DNA from: an uncultured Candidatus Saccharibacteria bacterium
GTDB taxonomy: Bacteria; Patescibacteriota; Doudnabacteria; UBA920
Direction of reading: 5' to 3'
Assembly (NCBI GenBank): GCA_964504715.1
Contig: CAZDEP010000001.1
Location: 97,842-161,841, forward strand
Length of the DNA: 64,000 nt
How positions within the stretch are numbered: position 1 is the stretch's first letter; every line of letters starts with the position of its first letter. Under the pieces are notes generated by a model that was given only the letters and a program-made list of their open reading frames with translations, was not told where the DNA came from and made no database searches. The position numbers and the translations under genes are program-made. Shown one piece after another: positions 27,796 through 37,800 of this stretch.

Positions 27796-27872
27796 GATCA
27801 CTAATGCACAAATTGCACAAATTGCACAAATATCGGATTAGTGATATTTGTGGTATTCGTGTATTTGTGATC
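27796..27872 (-). repeat. Leader element between rpsB and tsf: CACTAAT/ATTAGTG stem plus 3x (G)CACAAAT and 3x ATTTGTG units, ending 1 nt before the tsf start codon
   Basis: gatcactaatgcacaaattgcacaaattgcacaaatatcggattagtgatatttgtggtattcgtgtatttgtgatc. Confidence 0.6.
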
Positions 27873-27876
27873 TTAA

Positions 27877-28611
27877 TTATTTGGTTTCTTTTGCGGGCAC
27901 GGCGGCCGTCGGTACAACTGCGGCCGGCATGCTTTGCCTGCCTTCGTTTACGGCTTCAGCCAGCGCTTTGGCCATAAGTTCCACCGCTTTGGTGGCGTCG
28001 TCGTTGCAGGGAATAACGTAGTCTATGCCTTCGGGGCTGACGTTGCTGTCCACCAGGCTAACAATTTTGGCTTTAGCCTTTTTGGCTTCCTGTACGGCAA
28101 TGGCGTCGTGCTTAGCGTCGGTAACGAATACGGCTTCCGGAATGCGTTTTAAGTTCTTAATGCCTTCAAAAAGTTTTTTGAGTTTTTCAATTTCGCGCTC
28201 TATCATTAAGCGCTCTTTTTTGGTATAGCGTTCTATTTCGCCGCTGGCTTTGAGGTTTTCCAGTTTTTCCAGTTTTCTAATTGTCTTTTGGATGGTGCGG
28301 AAGTTGGTAAAGGTGCCGCCCAACCAGCGGATGTTCACAAAAGGCATGCCGCACGATATGGCCGCGTTTTTTAAGGCTTCGCGCGATTGCTTTTTTGTCC
28401 CAATGAACAAAACCGTGCCGCCGCGGGCTGCGGTTTCCCTGGCAAACTCCATGGCTTTAATTAACGCCTTTTTGGTTTTTTCCAAATCCAAAATATGGAT
28501 GCCGGACCGCGTGGTAAAAATATAAGGCTTCATTTTGGGGTTCCAACGCGAGGTGGAATGCCCAAAATGTGCGCCGCTTTTCAGCAGCTCTAAAAGGCTG
28601 ACATCTTTCAT
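27877..28611 (-). CDS. rpsB: 30S ribosomal protein S2
   Basis: MKDVSLLELLKSGAHFGH...FIGTKKQ...TFTNF conserved S2 motifs. Confidence 0.95.
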   Translation of the reverse strand: MKDVSLLELLKSGAHFGHSTSRWNPKMKPYIFTTRSGIHILDLEKTKKALIKAMEFARETAARGGTVLFIGTKKQSREALKNAAISCGMPFVNIRWLGGTFTNFRTIQKTIRKLEKLENLKASGEIERYTKKERLMIEREIEKLKKLFEGIKNLKRIPEAVFVTDAKHDAIAVQEAKKAKAKIVSLVDSNVSPEGIDYVIPCNDDATKAVELMAKALAEAVNEGRQSMPAAVVPTAAVPAKETK

Positions 28612-28752
28612 TTCTTAACCTTTCTCTTCTATTCCGCGGGATTCTGATATAAGCCCTCAAGCCCATCAGAACAGGAAGACTTGTCCCGTGCGTTATTCGT
28701 GCGGGATGTGCGGAATATGCTTGATTAATTAACAATGGAATTATACCAAGTC

Positions 28753-28781
28753 TTGACGAAAAAGGCAAGAGAGGCTATAAT
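28753..28781 (+). promoter_or_regulatory. Sigma-70-like promoter for rpmE (TTGACG, 17 nt, TATAAT)
   Basis: cttgacgaaaaaggcaagagaggctataat, 32 nt upstream of rpmE ATG. Confidence 0.55.
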
Positions 28782-28813
28782 TTATTCTGATATTAAAAGA
28801 TTATTGCGATTTT

Positions 28814-29077
28814 ATGAAGCCCACTATCCATCCCCAATTCCATACCAGCGCTAAAATATCTTGCGCTTGCGGCAATGTTATAATAACCGGTGCCACGGTG
28901 GCAGAAATGCACACTGAAATCTGTTCGAATTGCCATCCGTTTTACACCGGCAAGCAGAAACTCGTGGATACCGCCGGACGCGTTGATAAATTCAAGCAGC
29001 GCCAGGCCGCCGCAGTGGCTAAAAAGTCTACGGTTTCCGCCAAAAAGCCCCGCAAAGTCAGAGCCGCCAAGGAGTAA
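28814..29077 (+). CDS. rpmE: 50S ribosomal protein L31
   Basis: MKPTIHPQFHTSAKISCACGNVI...CSNCHPFYTGKQK (L31 CxxC zinc motif). Confidence 0.9.
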   Translation: MKPTIHPQFHTSAKISCACGNVIITGATVAEMHTEICSNCHPFYTGKQKLVDTAGRVDKFKQRQAAAVAKKSTVSAKKPRKVRAAKE

Positions 29078-29198
29078 ATTTTACTTTTTACACAACCACC
29101 CGCATGTAAGTTTTGGGTGGTTTTGTGTTAGAATAAAGTTAATCCCCGTCAGTTTATCCTGAAAGAAGTCCGGGGTAGAATATAAATTACGGAAACAT

Positions 29199-30269
29199 AT
29201 GGAACCCGCGTTGCAAAAAATATTAGACGAATACGACCAAATAACCGCTGATTTATCCAAAGGCGGCGGTGTTGATATTGCCAAATTAGGTAAGCGTCAG
29301 GCGGAGCTCGGGCCTATAGTAGAAAGAATTAAGAATTATGAATTAAGAAGTAAGGAATTGGCAGATAATTTAACTTTGATAAAAGATGCAGATCCGGATA
29401 TTGCCGAGTTGGCCAAAAGCGAGGTAAGCAGGCTGGAAACCGAAACAGCGGGCTTAAAATCCGAAATCGAGGAAACACTTTTGCCTAAAGACCCGAATGA
29501 TGACAAGAATGTAATTGTTGAAATAAGGGCGGGCGCCGGCGGAGATGAAGCCACACTTTTTGTGGCGGAGCTTTTTCGCGCCTACGGCAAGTTTGCCCAG
29601 GGAATGGGATTTAAACAGCATATTGTATCTTCTTCGCGGAGCGAAGCGGGCGGGTTTAAGGAAGTCATTTTTGAAATTCACGGCAGGGCATCGGCCAGCG
29701 CCGGCCCTTATGCGATTTTTAAATACGAGTCCGGAGTTCACCGCGTGCAGCGCGTGCCGGAAACCGAAAAGAGCGGCCGCGTGCACACTTCCACCCTAAC
29801 CGTAGCCGTCTTGCCGATTTTGGAAGAAAAAGATTACGCCATTGACCTCAAAGACTTGAAAATTGAGGCCACCACATCTTCGGGCCACGGCGGCCAATCG
29901 GTTAACACAACCTATTCCGCCATTCGCATCCTCCACATACCTACGGGCATTACCGCCCAGTGCCAGGACGAACGTTCCCAGGCACAAAACCGCGAAAAAG
30001 CCATGGAAGTCATTCGCGCCCGCGTGGCCGCGCACTACGAAGAGATTGAAAACAAAAAAGTGCGCGACCTTACTAAAAGCCAAATTGGCACCGGCGACCG
30101 CAGCGAAAAAATTCGCACCTACAACTTCCCCCAGGACCGCGTTACCGACCACCGCATAAACCAAAATTTCAACCAAATAAACTTAATTATGGAAGGCGAG
30201 CTCTCCCCCATTATCTCCGCCCTCCAAAAGGCGGATGTGGAGGCAAAAAAAGGCGCGCTGAAAGCATGA
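29199..30269 (+). CDS. prfA: Peptide chain release factor 1
   Basis: GGQ motif SGHGGQSVN and RF1-type RVQRVPETEKSGRVHTS tripeptide region. Confidence 0.9.
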   Translation: MEPALQKILDEYDQITADLSKGGGVDIAKLGKRQAELGPIVERIKNYELRSKELADNLTLIKDADPDIAELAKSEVSRLETETAGLKSEIEETLLPKDPNDDKNVIVEIRAGAGGDEATLFVAELFRAYGKFAQGMGFKQHIVSSSRSEAGGFKEVIFEIHGRASASAGPYAIFKYESGVHRVQRVPETEKSGRVHTSTLTVAVLPILEEKDYAIDLKDLKIEATTSSGHGGQSVNTTYSAIRILHIPTGITAQCQDERSQAQNREKAMEVIRARVAAHYEEIENKKVRDLTKSQIGTGDRSEKIRTYNFPQDRVTDHRINQNFNQINLIMEGELSPIISALQKADVEAKKGALKA

Positions 30270-30284
30270 TCGGGGATAATCAGA

Positions 30285-31172
30285 TTGACCAAGATGAAAA
30301 TCCGGGAATGCCTAAAAAAATATTCAAACATAGAAATCGAGCTCCTTTTGGCGGATGTGTTAAAAAAGCCTAAGGAGTTTATTTTTTTGCATCCCGAGTT
30401 TATTTTATCATCTAAACATCTTAAGACTTTGGAAGCGCAAGTTAAGAGAAGACAGGAGGGCGAGCCCGTGGCTTACATTTTGGGCTACAAGGACTTTATG
30501 GGGCGTCGTTTTGCCGTAAATAAGGATGTGCTTATTCCCCGCCCGGAGACTGAAGGGCTTGTCGAACTTGCGCTCGACAGAATTAAGAATTATGAATTAG
30601 GAATTAAGAATGCCAAATCGTTACGTATTTTGGACGTGGGCACAGGCAGCGGGTGCATAGCTGTTTCTTTGACAGCAATGATGCCCGTTGCGCCAAGCAA
30701 CGGGTATCATTGCGAAATCACAGCGTCGGATATATCAAAAAAAGCTTTGGTAGCAGCCAAGCAAAATGCAAAAAGCCACAAAGCAAAAATCACATTCATC
30801 CACAGTGATTTGTTTAAGGACATTCCTGGCAAGTTTGATGTGGTTGTGGGCAATCTTCCTTACGTGCCTATGAAAATGCTTAGGAAGCATTTGTTGCACC
30901 GCGCCAAGTTTGATGCCCAGGACCCTTTTGCCGGTTTAAAATACGAACCCAAATTCGCGCTAACGGACGGGACCAGTATTTGGCTAATCTACAAACGTTT
31001 TTTTGAGGAAGCCAGGGCGCATTTAAACCCCGGCGCGGTGATTCTGCTTGAAATTGACCCGGCATCGAGAAAGTTTTTAAAAACTTATCAGCAGAAGTAT
31101 TTGCCGGGAGCTAAGGTGAAATTTTATAAAGATGTAAACAATTTGTGGAGGTATATGGAAATAGCAAGATGA
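30285..31172 (+). CDS. prmC: Release factor glutamine N5-methyltransferase
   Basis: ILDVGTGSGCIAVSL SAM-binding motif and VVVGNLPYVP (NPPY-like). Adjacent to prfA. Confidence 0.85.
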   Translation: MTKMKIRECLKKYSNIEIELLLADVLKKPKEFIFLHPEFILSSKHLKTLEAQVKRRQEGEPVAYILGYKDFMGRRFAVNKDVLIPRPETEGLVELALDRIKNYELGIKNAKSLRILDVGTGSGCIAVSLTAMMPVAPSNGYHCEITASDISKKALVAAKQNAKSHKAKITFIHSDLFKDIPGKFDVVVGNLPYVPMKMLRKHLLHRAKFDAQDPFAGLKYEPKFALTDGTSIWLIYKRFFEEARAHLNPGAVILLEIDPASRKFLKTYQQKYLPGAKVKFYKDVNNLWRYMEIAR

Positions 31173-31203
31173 CGGTCTTCTTGCGCCGCAAGAAGACCGT
31201 CAT
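31169..31203 (+). repeat. Perfect palindromic hairpin ATGACGGTCTTCTTGC-GCC-GCAAGAAGACCGTCAT overlapping the prmC stop; second copy at 58306-58340
   Basis: 16-bp arms identical at both loci with loops gcc and ttt. Further terminator hairpins at 31231-31257 and 31285-31318. Confidence 0.7.
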
Positions 31204-31319
31204 CATTTGGGCAGAAAACACGGGCAATAAAAACGAAAGGCTCAACCGGTTGAGCCTTTCGTGTGCACTCCGAGCTTATTTTAAAAGGCTCACACATAGT
31301 GTGAGCCTTTGTATTTTTC

Positions 31320-32015
31320 TTATTTCTTTTCTTCTTTGGCGCCGGCTTTTTCATCAACAGCGGCTTCTTCACCCTCTTCGGCTTTCGGTTTTTCCGAAGC
31401 GGCGACGGCGGCCTCTACGGCGGCTTTTTCGTCGGTGACCGGTACGGCCAGTTCAGCTTCCACGTCCCTCGGCGGCTGGACTTTAGCCACCACTTCTTCC
31501 GGGGAAGTTAAAATCTGCACTTTGTCGCTGACTTTGAGGTTTTTAATGTGGAGGGAATGGCTGAAGTCAACCAAGGCGGAAATATCCACCTGGATGTTGT
31601 GAGGCAGGTCGGCCGGCAAACACTGGACTTCCACTTCGTTTAAGACTTTTACCAAAACGCCGCCTTGGGCTTTAACCGCCGGGGATTCGCCAATAAATTC
31701 CAAAGCAACTTTCGCTTTTAATTTTTCGGTCATGCTTACTTGGTAAAAATCCACGTGCATCGGTTCGGAAGTTAAGTAATGCAGCTGGATGTCGTGAATT
31801 AAAACCGGATGCGGTTTGCCGTCGCCGGTGACTAAATCTACAATCGAGCTTTCTCCCGCCTTTTTCAAAACTTTCTCAAATTCATTTTTCTTTATGGCCA
31901 AACTGACGTTTTCCACATTGTGCCCGTAAAGCACGGCAGGGATAAGGCCCTGCTTGCGCAGTTTTTCGTTATTTTTTTCTTTCTTAACAGACGCCTCAAG
32001 CGTAACTTTTTCCAT
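31320..32015 (-). CDS. rplY: 50S ribosomal protein L25 / general stress protein Ctc
   Basis: N-terminal L25 domain (KLRKQGLIPAVLYGHNVENV), Ctc-like C-terminal extension, acidic/lysine-rich tail. Confidence 0.85.
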   Translation of the reverse strand: MEKVTLEASVKKEKNNEKLRKQGLIPAVLYGHNVENVSLAIKKNEFEKVLKKAGESSIVDLVTGDGKPHPVLIHDIQLHYLTSEPMHVDFYQVSMTEKLKAKVALEFIGESPAVKAQGGVLVKVLNEVEVQCLPADLPHNIQVDISALVDFSHSLHIKNLKVSDKVQILTSPEEVVAKVQPPRDVEAELAVPVTDEKAAVEAAVAASEKPKAEEGEEAAVDEKAGAKEEKK

Positions 32016-32168
32016 ATTGTTGCCTTTTAGCTCTTACCCATCGGCCTTTAAATAATAAACGCCTACTTATAGAGCTTTAATTAACTTGCATTTAGCTTCG
32101 CAAATAATAACAAAAATCCACCCTTTTGTCCAGGGTTTTATACTTTTTTGATGGGAACAGGTTTTAGG

Positions 32169-32585
32169 TTATTTTCTATCCGTAAAAAAAGCCACGAAAT
32201 CACCTTTAAATTTGCGGATTTCTTTATGTACGCCTATGACTTCGTTTGCCGAAATTGGCGGGTGTTTTTTGAATTTGGCGCTGTCGGCCTGGGTTAAGTC
32301 GGTAACCATGCCCACGCTAAAAACTTCCGGGCCGCGAATTTCTACGTTAAACATGACCGAAGATTTGCACTTGGCGCAATCGGAGTGGATAAGCACGCTG
32401 GCTTCGCCGTACAATTCGTCTTGGTTGGTTTCAATAATTTTAGTTTGTTCTAAGCGGTATTTAACGCCGCAAATCGGGCATCTTAAAATTCGCGCCAACC
32501 ATTCGAGGATTTTTTTGACGTCAAAATTTTTCCCGTTCCCGTTATTGGAAAAATTATTTTTATCCATAAATTCAGTATAGCCCAA
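32169..32585 (-). CDS. Hypothetical zinc-ribbon protein
   Basis: CPICGVKYRL...CAKCKSS (CxxC-x31-CxxC). Immediately downstream of the SEDS gene on the same strand. Confidence 0.45.
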   Translation of the reverse strand: MGYTEFMDKNNFSNNGNGKNFDVKKILEWLARILRCPICGVKYRLEQTKIIETNQDELYGEASVLIHSDCAKCKSSVMFNVEIRGPEVFSVGMVTDLTQADSAKFKKHPPISANEVIGVHKEIRKFKGDFVAFFTDRK

Positions 32586-32589
32586 AATT

Positions 32590-33690
32590 TTAAAATCTCA
32601 AAGTTTTTGTTTGCAGGGCGACGTTTTGGGCTATGCCGAGCGAGATCATGAGCATTATGTAAAAACTTCCGCCTGCGGAAAAGAAAGGCAGCGGGATCCC
32701 GGTAACCGGTAAAAGGCCTATGTTCATGCCAATATTTACCAAAGTGTGGATTAAAATTAAGAAAAAAACCCCGGCCACTACAAACAGCCCCAAATCATCC
32801 CGCGCTTTTTGCATCACCAAAAGCAGGCGCCAATGCAAAAAGAAAAACAATCCAAGGAGCGCAAAGCTGCCGACTATCCCGATTTGCTCCGCGCTGGCGG
32901 CAAAAATAAAATCGGTTTGCCTTTCCGGCAAAAAGCGGTTTTGGCTTTGCGAGCCTTTGCCCAAGCCCTTGCCGAAAAGCCCGCCGCTGCCCACGGCGAC
33001 CACAGCCTGTCGGACGTTATAGCCCTGTCCGCGCACGTCGGCGGTGGGGTCCAAAAACACGCGGATGCGGTTTTTTTGGAAATCTTTAAGGAGAAAATGC
33101 CAGCTGCCGGCCCCGATGATAATAAACAAAAGCAAAAGCCCCGCAATAAATTTTTTGCTAATGGGGCTTATAAGCAGCATGCATAAGGCAATGCCCAAAG
33201 CCGCCGCCGCCGACCCGAAATCCGGCTGCAGCAAAACCAGGCCCACTAAAATCGCCGCGTAAGCCAGGGCTAAAATTATATTTTTTATGGAGTTAATCTG
33301 TCCCCGCCTTAAATAGAGAATGCGCCCGAGGCCCAGGATGATTACAATTTTAACAAACTCGGCCGGCTGCAGGCTGAAAAATCCCAAATTAATCCAGCGC
33401 TGGCCGCCGCGGATAACCTGTCCGAAAAAAAGCACGTAAACCAACGCGGCAATTGAGGCAATATATAGAAAGCGGTGGCCTTTGGCCAGGGCGTGGTAGT
33501 CAAATAGGCAAAAAAATAAAAAGCCGGACCAACCAATCCCCACAAAAGCAACCTGCCGCCAAAAGACATTTAAATTTTCGCTGGAGAAGGAGGTGCTGTA
33601 CAAAAGCGCGAGCCCGCAAATGGTAAGCAAAAAAACCGCTACCAACAGCGGCAGGTCCAAATAGCGAAACTGCCGGAAAAATGAAAACAT
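32590..33690 (-). CDS. SEDS-family peptidoglycan glycosyltransferase (FtsW/RodA)
   Basis: 10-TM protein with C-terminal GLLPVTGIPLPFFSAGGSF SEDS signature. Confidence 0.9.
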   Translation of the reverse strand: MFSFFRQFRYLDLPLLVAVFLLTICGLALLYSTSFSSENLNVFWRQVAFVGIGWSGFLFFCLFDYHALAKGHRFLYIASIAALVYVLFFGQVIRGGQRWINLGFFSLQPAEFVKIVIILGLGRILYLRRGQINSIKNIILALAYAAILVGLVLLQPDFGSAAAALGIALCMLLISPISKKFIAGLLLLFIIIGAGSWHFLLKDFQKNRIRVFLDPTADVRGQGYNVRQAVVAVGSGGLFGKGLGKGSQSQNRFLPERQTDFIFAASAEQIGIVGSFALLGLFFFLHWRLLLVMQKARDDLGLFVVAGVFFLILIHTLVNIGMNIGLLPVTGIPLPFFSAGGSFYIMLMISLGIAQNVALQTKTLRF

Positions 33691-33787
33691 AGAGTAATAT
33701 CAAATTTTCAATTCCTAACAGAACACCAATACCTCATCAATTTGGCATTTTCGGCATTAGGAATTGGTTGGTAATGGGGAATTAAAA

Positions 33788-34651
33788 CTATCTACCCAAA
33801 TCCCCTCCTCCGGTTTTGGCCGAGGAGTCGGGCACAACCAAATTGTTTTTGTCCAAAAGATTGGTAGCGGGCAGGGCCTCGATTTTAACCACATTGCTGC
33901 CGGATACGCCCGACCAAATTTGCTTGTAATCGCGCCTTTCGGAAGGCTTGAGGTTAAATTCGCTGCGTTGGCTGGCGCCGATTATTTTGCCGCCTGTTCC
34001 GTAAAGCAGGAACGTAATTTTTACTTCCTGCAGCTGGTAAGCGCTTAAATTCTGAATTGCCCCTTCCACCACGTAAGCGTAAGGGTTAGTTTGATCGCGG
34101 CCTTTGGGTTCATTCGCAACTATTTTTACAGTCGGCAGATTCAGTTTTTTTTGCCACTTAAGACTGTCGGGCAAAAGCAATTTTACCTGGGCGATGGGTT
34201 TTTGGGTATTCACCTTCGGTGCCACCAGGTATTTTTGTTCGTTCGGCAAAAGGTAAGTCACTCCCCCTTCAGAAGGAGCTGCCATTAGCCCGTCTTTGTC
34301 TAAAAATTGGAATTCGTAAGGAACTTCTTTGGCGGCTAAATCCAAGTTGGGGTTAGTAACTCTCCCTACGGCCGCAAAAGTATTTTCTCCCAATGAAGCC
34401 ACATCTATCCTGTCGAGAATGAGGTTTTTGGCTTCGGTAAAACTAGGGTGTGCGGAAGCCTCCAAGCCCTTGTAATTTTGGGCAGAAATGCCCAGGCTAA
34501 TGTTTTTGGCAATAAAGTAAGCCGGTAAAAACAGGACCACGCCGCTCAAAAATATCCATTTTTGCCATGAGGCAAAAGACCCCAGCGCTTTTTGCGCTTT
34601 GAATTTTACCTCTTCGGCTTTGAGTTCAAGTTTTTCCTTAAAAAGGCTCAT
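33788..34651 (-). CDS. Hypothetical membrane-anchored exported protein
   Basis: Single N-terminal TM helix (WIFLSGVVLFLPAYFIA), then a roughly 240-aa soluble domain with no recognisable motif. Confidence 0.45.
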   Translation of the reverse strand: MSLFKEKLELKAEEVKFKAQKALGSFASWQKWIFLSGVVLFLPAYFIAKNISLGISAQNYKGLEASAHPSFTEAKNLILDRIDVASLGENTFAAVGRVTNPNLDLAAKEVPYEFQFLDKDGLMAAPSEGGVTYLLPNEQKYLVAPKVNTQKPIAQVKLLLPDSLKWQKKLNLPTVKIVANEPKGRDQTNPYAYVVEGAIQNLSAYQLQEVKITFLLYGTGGKIIGASQRSEFNLKPSERRDYKQIWSGVSGSNVVKIEALPATNLLDKNNLVVPDSSAKTGGGDLGR

Positions 34652-34689
34652 TTTTGTTTAAATTTTGTAACAATTTTATTATAGCAAAA

Positions 34690-34803
34690 TAGCGGGGTTT
34701 TTGGTACAATCTAATTGACAAAATTGACAAAAATAAAAAAATTGACAAAATTAGACTGCGATTAAATTTTGTTCAATTATGTCAATTATGTCAATTTTGC
34801 TCA
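34690..34803 (+). repeat. Leader element: 3 direct TTGACAAAA units, centre, 3 inverted (T)GTCAATT units, ending at the dnaE start codon
   Basis: aattgacaaaattgacaaaaataaaaaaattgacaaaatt...gtcaattatgtcaattatgtcaattttgctca ATG. Confidence 0.6.
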
Positions 34804-37800
34804 ATGAACTTTGTTCACCTCCATTGCCATTCCCATTATTCGCTGCTTGATGGGCTGTCCAAAATTGACCCGCTGCTTACGCGGGCCAAGGAACTTGGCA
34901 TGCCTGCTTTGGCTTTAACCGACCATGGCACTATGTATGGTGCCGTGGAATTTTATACGCACTCCAAAGATATAGGCATCAAGCCCATAATTGGCCTTGA
35001 GGCTTATATTGCGCCAAGGAACCTTGCGGACAAAGAAGGCCGAAGCGACGCGGACTATTTTCATTTGACTTTGCTTTCCAAGAACAGTGAAGGTTATGCC
35101 AATCTTATTAAACTGACGACCATTGCGCATTTGGAAGGCTTTTATTACAAACCGCGCATAGATTTGGAAGTATTAAAGAAGCACTCAGAAGGGTTGATAG
35201 CCTTAAGCGGCTGCCAGCGCGGCGAAATTCCGCGCGCCATTATGAACAGGCCGCAAGGTGAAGCCGACAAAGTGTTGGGAAAATATTTGGATATTTTCGG
35301 GCGCGAAAATTTATTTATTGAAATCCAAAAGAATAGCCGCCATGACGACCCCAAAGAACTGGAGTTACTGGAAAAGTCGGTGGCTTTTGCGCGGCACAAT
35401 TCGTTGCCTTTGGTGGCCACAGCCGATTGCCACTATATATATCCGGAAGATATGGAAGCCCAGGACGTTTTGGTGTGTATTGGTACGGCGCGCACTGTGG
35501 GTGACGCTAACCGTTTGGATATGCGCGGTTACGATTTGTCTTTAAAATCCGCGGAAAAAATGGCTGAGCTTTTTTATCAAACCCCCGAGGCGCTGGAAAA
35601 CACCCTTAAAATTGCCGAGATGTGCAATTTTGAAATGAAGCTCAACCAGCGTTATTTTCCAAGCGTGCCAATCCCGGAAGGCATGACTTCCGCGGAATTT
35701 TTGCGGCAGCTGACATACGAGCGGGCGAAAAATATTTACGCCAAGGACGGCCCCAATTCTCCCATCCCCCCCGAAATCCAAACGCGCATAGACTACGAGC
35801 TCGACATTATTATAAAAAAAGGTTTTGACACCTACTTTTTAATGGTGGCCGATGTGGTGGAAGGTGCGCACAAAGTCGGTGCGATTACCAACACCCGCGG
35901 CAGCGCGGCCGGCAGCATTGTGGGATACATTTTGGGCATTACCAATGTGGATCCGCTCTATTTTGAATTGCCTTTTGAGAGGTTTTTAACCGCCCATCGC
36001 CCCACACCGCCGGATATTGACCTGGATATTGCCGACAACCGGCGCGATGAAGCCATTGCCTATATTACAAAAAATTACGGCCGCGACAAAGTGGCACAAA
36101 TAATTACTTTTGGGACCATGAAGGCCCGGGCGGCGGTAAGGGATGTGGGCCGCGCTTTGGGCGTGCCCTATTCCAAATGCGACCGCATTGCAAAAATGAT
36201 TCCAATTGGCAAGCAGGGGTTTGACATGACCCTCGACAAGGCCCTTGAGATGAGTCCGGAACTTAAGGAAGTTTACGCCCAGGATCCCGAAACGCGCACT
36301 GTGCTGGAAATTGCAAAAAAAATCGAAGGCAATGCCCGCCATGCCTCGGTCCACGCCGCCGGCTTGGTTATTACTCCCACGGTTTTAACCGACTACATGC
36401 CCTTGCAGAAAGAACCCGACGGCGAACGCATTATTACCCAGTACGATATGTACGCTTTGGACGTAAATGCCAACAGTAAGGCCATTGGCGTGGTAAAATT
36501 GGACCTTTTGGGCATCCGCAATCTTTCCATTCTGGAAGCGGCGGTAAATTTGGTAAAAAAGCGCCACAACATCGACATCAACATATACAAACTGCCGCAT
36601 CCGGATAAAAAAACTTTTGAGCTGCTCGGCGCCGGCCTGACCTTCGGCGTTTTCCAGCTTGGGTCTTCGGGCATGACCAGGTATTTAAGGGAGCTTAAGC
36701 CTGCCTCCATTTTTGACATTATGGCCATGATAGCGCTTTACCGCCCGGGGCCCATGCAGTTTATAGAGGATTTCATTAAACGCAAGCACAACCCCCAGCA
36801 CATAAAATATTTTGATCCGGCTTTTGAAAAAATTCTCCACAGGACCTACGGCATTTTGGTGTACCAGGACGATTTGCTCACAATCGCCCACGATTTGGCG
36901 GGCTACAGCTGGGAAGAAGTGGATAAGTTCCGGAAGGCCGTCGGTAAAAAAATTCCCGAAGAAATGGCCAAGCAGAAAATTAAATTTATCCAGGGCTGTA
37001 TGAGCACGAGCGGCTGGAGCCACACCAAGGCTTCGGAAATTTGGAATTGGATTGAGCCGTTTGCCGCTTACGGCTTTAACAAATCCCATTCGGCGTCATA
37101 CTCGGTCGTCGCTTACCAGACGGCTTTTATGAAAGCCAACTATCCGGTGGAATTTATGGCCGCGGTTATGACCGCCGAGTCGGGAGACGAAGACAAAATT
37201 TACGAGGCCGTTGAAGAATGCAAAAATTTAGGAATTAAAATTTTGCCACCCGATGTTAATACCTCCGATGCCGACTTTACGGTGGTCGACGAAAAGACGA
37301 TCAGGTTTGGCCTCAACGCCGTGAAGAATTTAGGGAGCGATGTGATCGCCAAGATAATTGAGAGCAGAAGTGTAGTCGACCCATTTATGGGGCCTGATAA
37401 ATCAGGCAACTACTTCCAATCTCTGGAGGATTTCCTGCTTAGGGCCCACGTTAAAAATTTCAACAAAAAATCCTGGGAAGCTTTGGTTAAAGCCGGCGCG
37501 CTGGACAATTTTGGGGAAAGGAACCAGCTCTTGGCCTCCACGGAAGAGGTTTTGGATTTTGTCCGGGAACATTTTAAGGCCGAGGAGCAGGGACAGGTGT
37601 CGTTGTTCGGCAAATCTTTAAAACTTGGGCAGCTGGTTTTAAAAAAAGTTGAGCCCGCTACCAAAGAAGACAAGCTGGGGTGGGAAAAGGAACTTTTGGG
37701 CATGTATGTTTCCGCGCATCCTTTGGATAATTACCAAAAAGTACTGGGCCACCTTTCTTCCATCCGCCAGTTAAAAAGCGCGGCGGACGGCAGTATTGTT

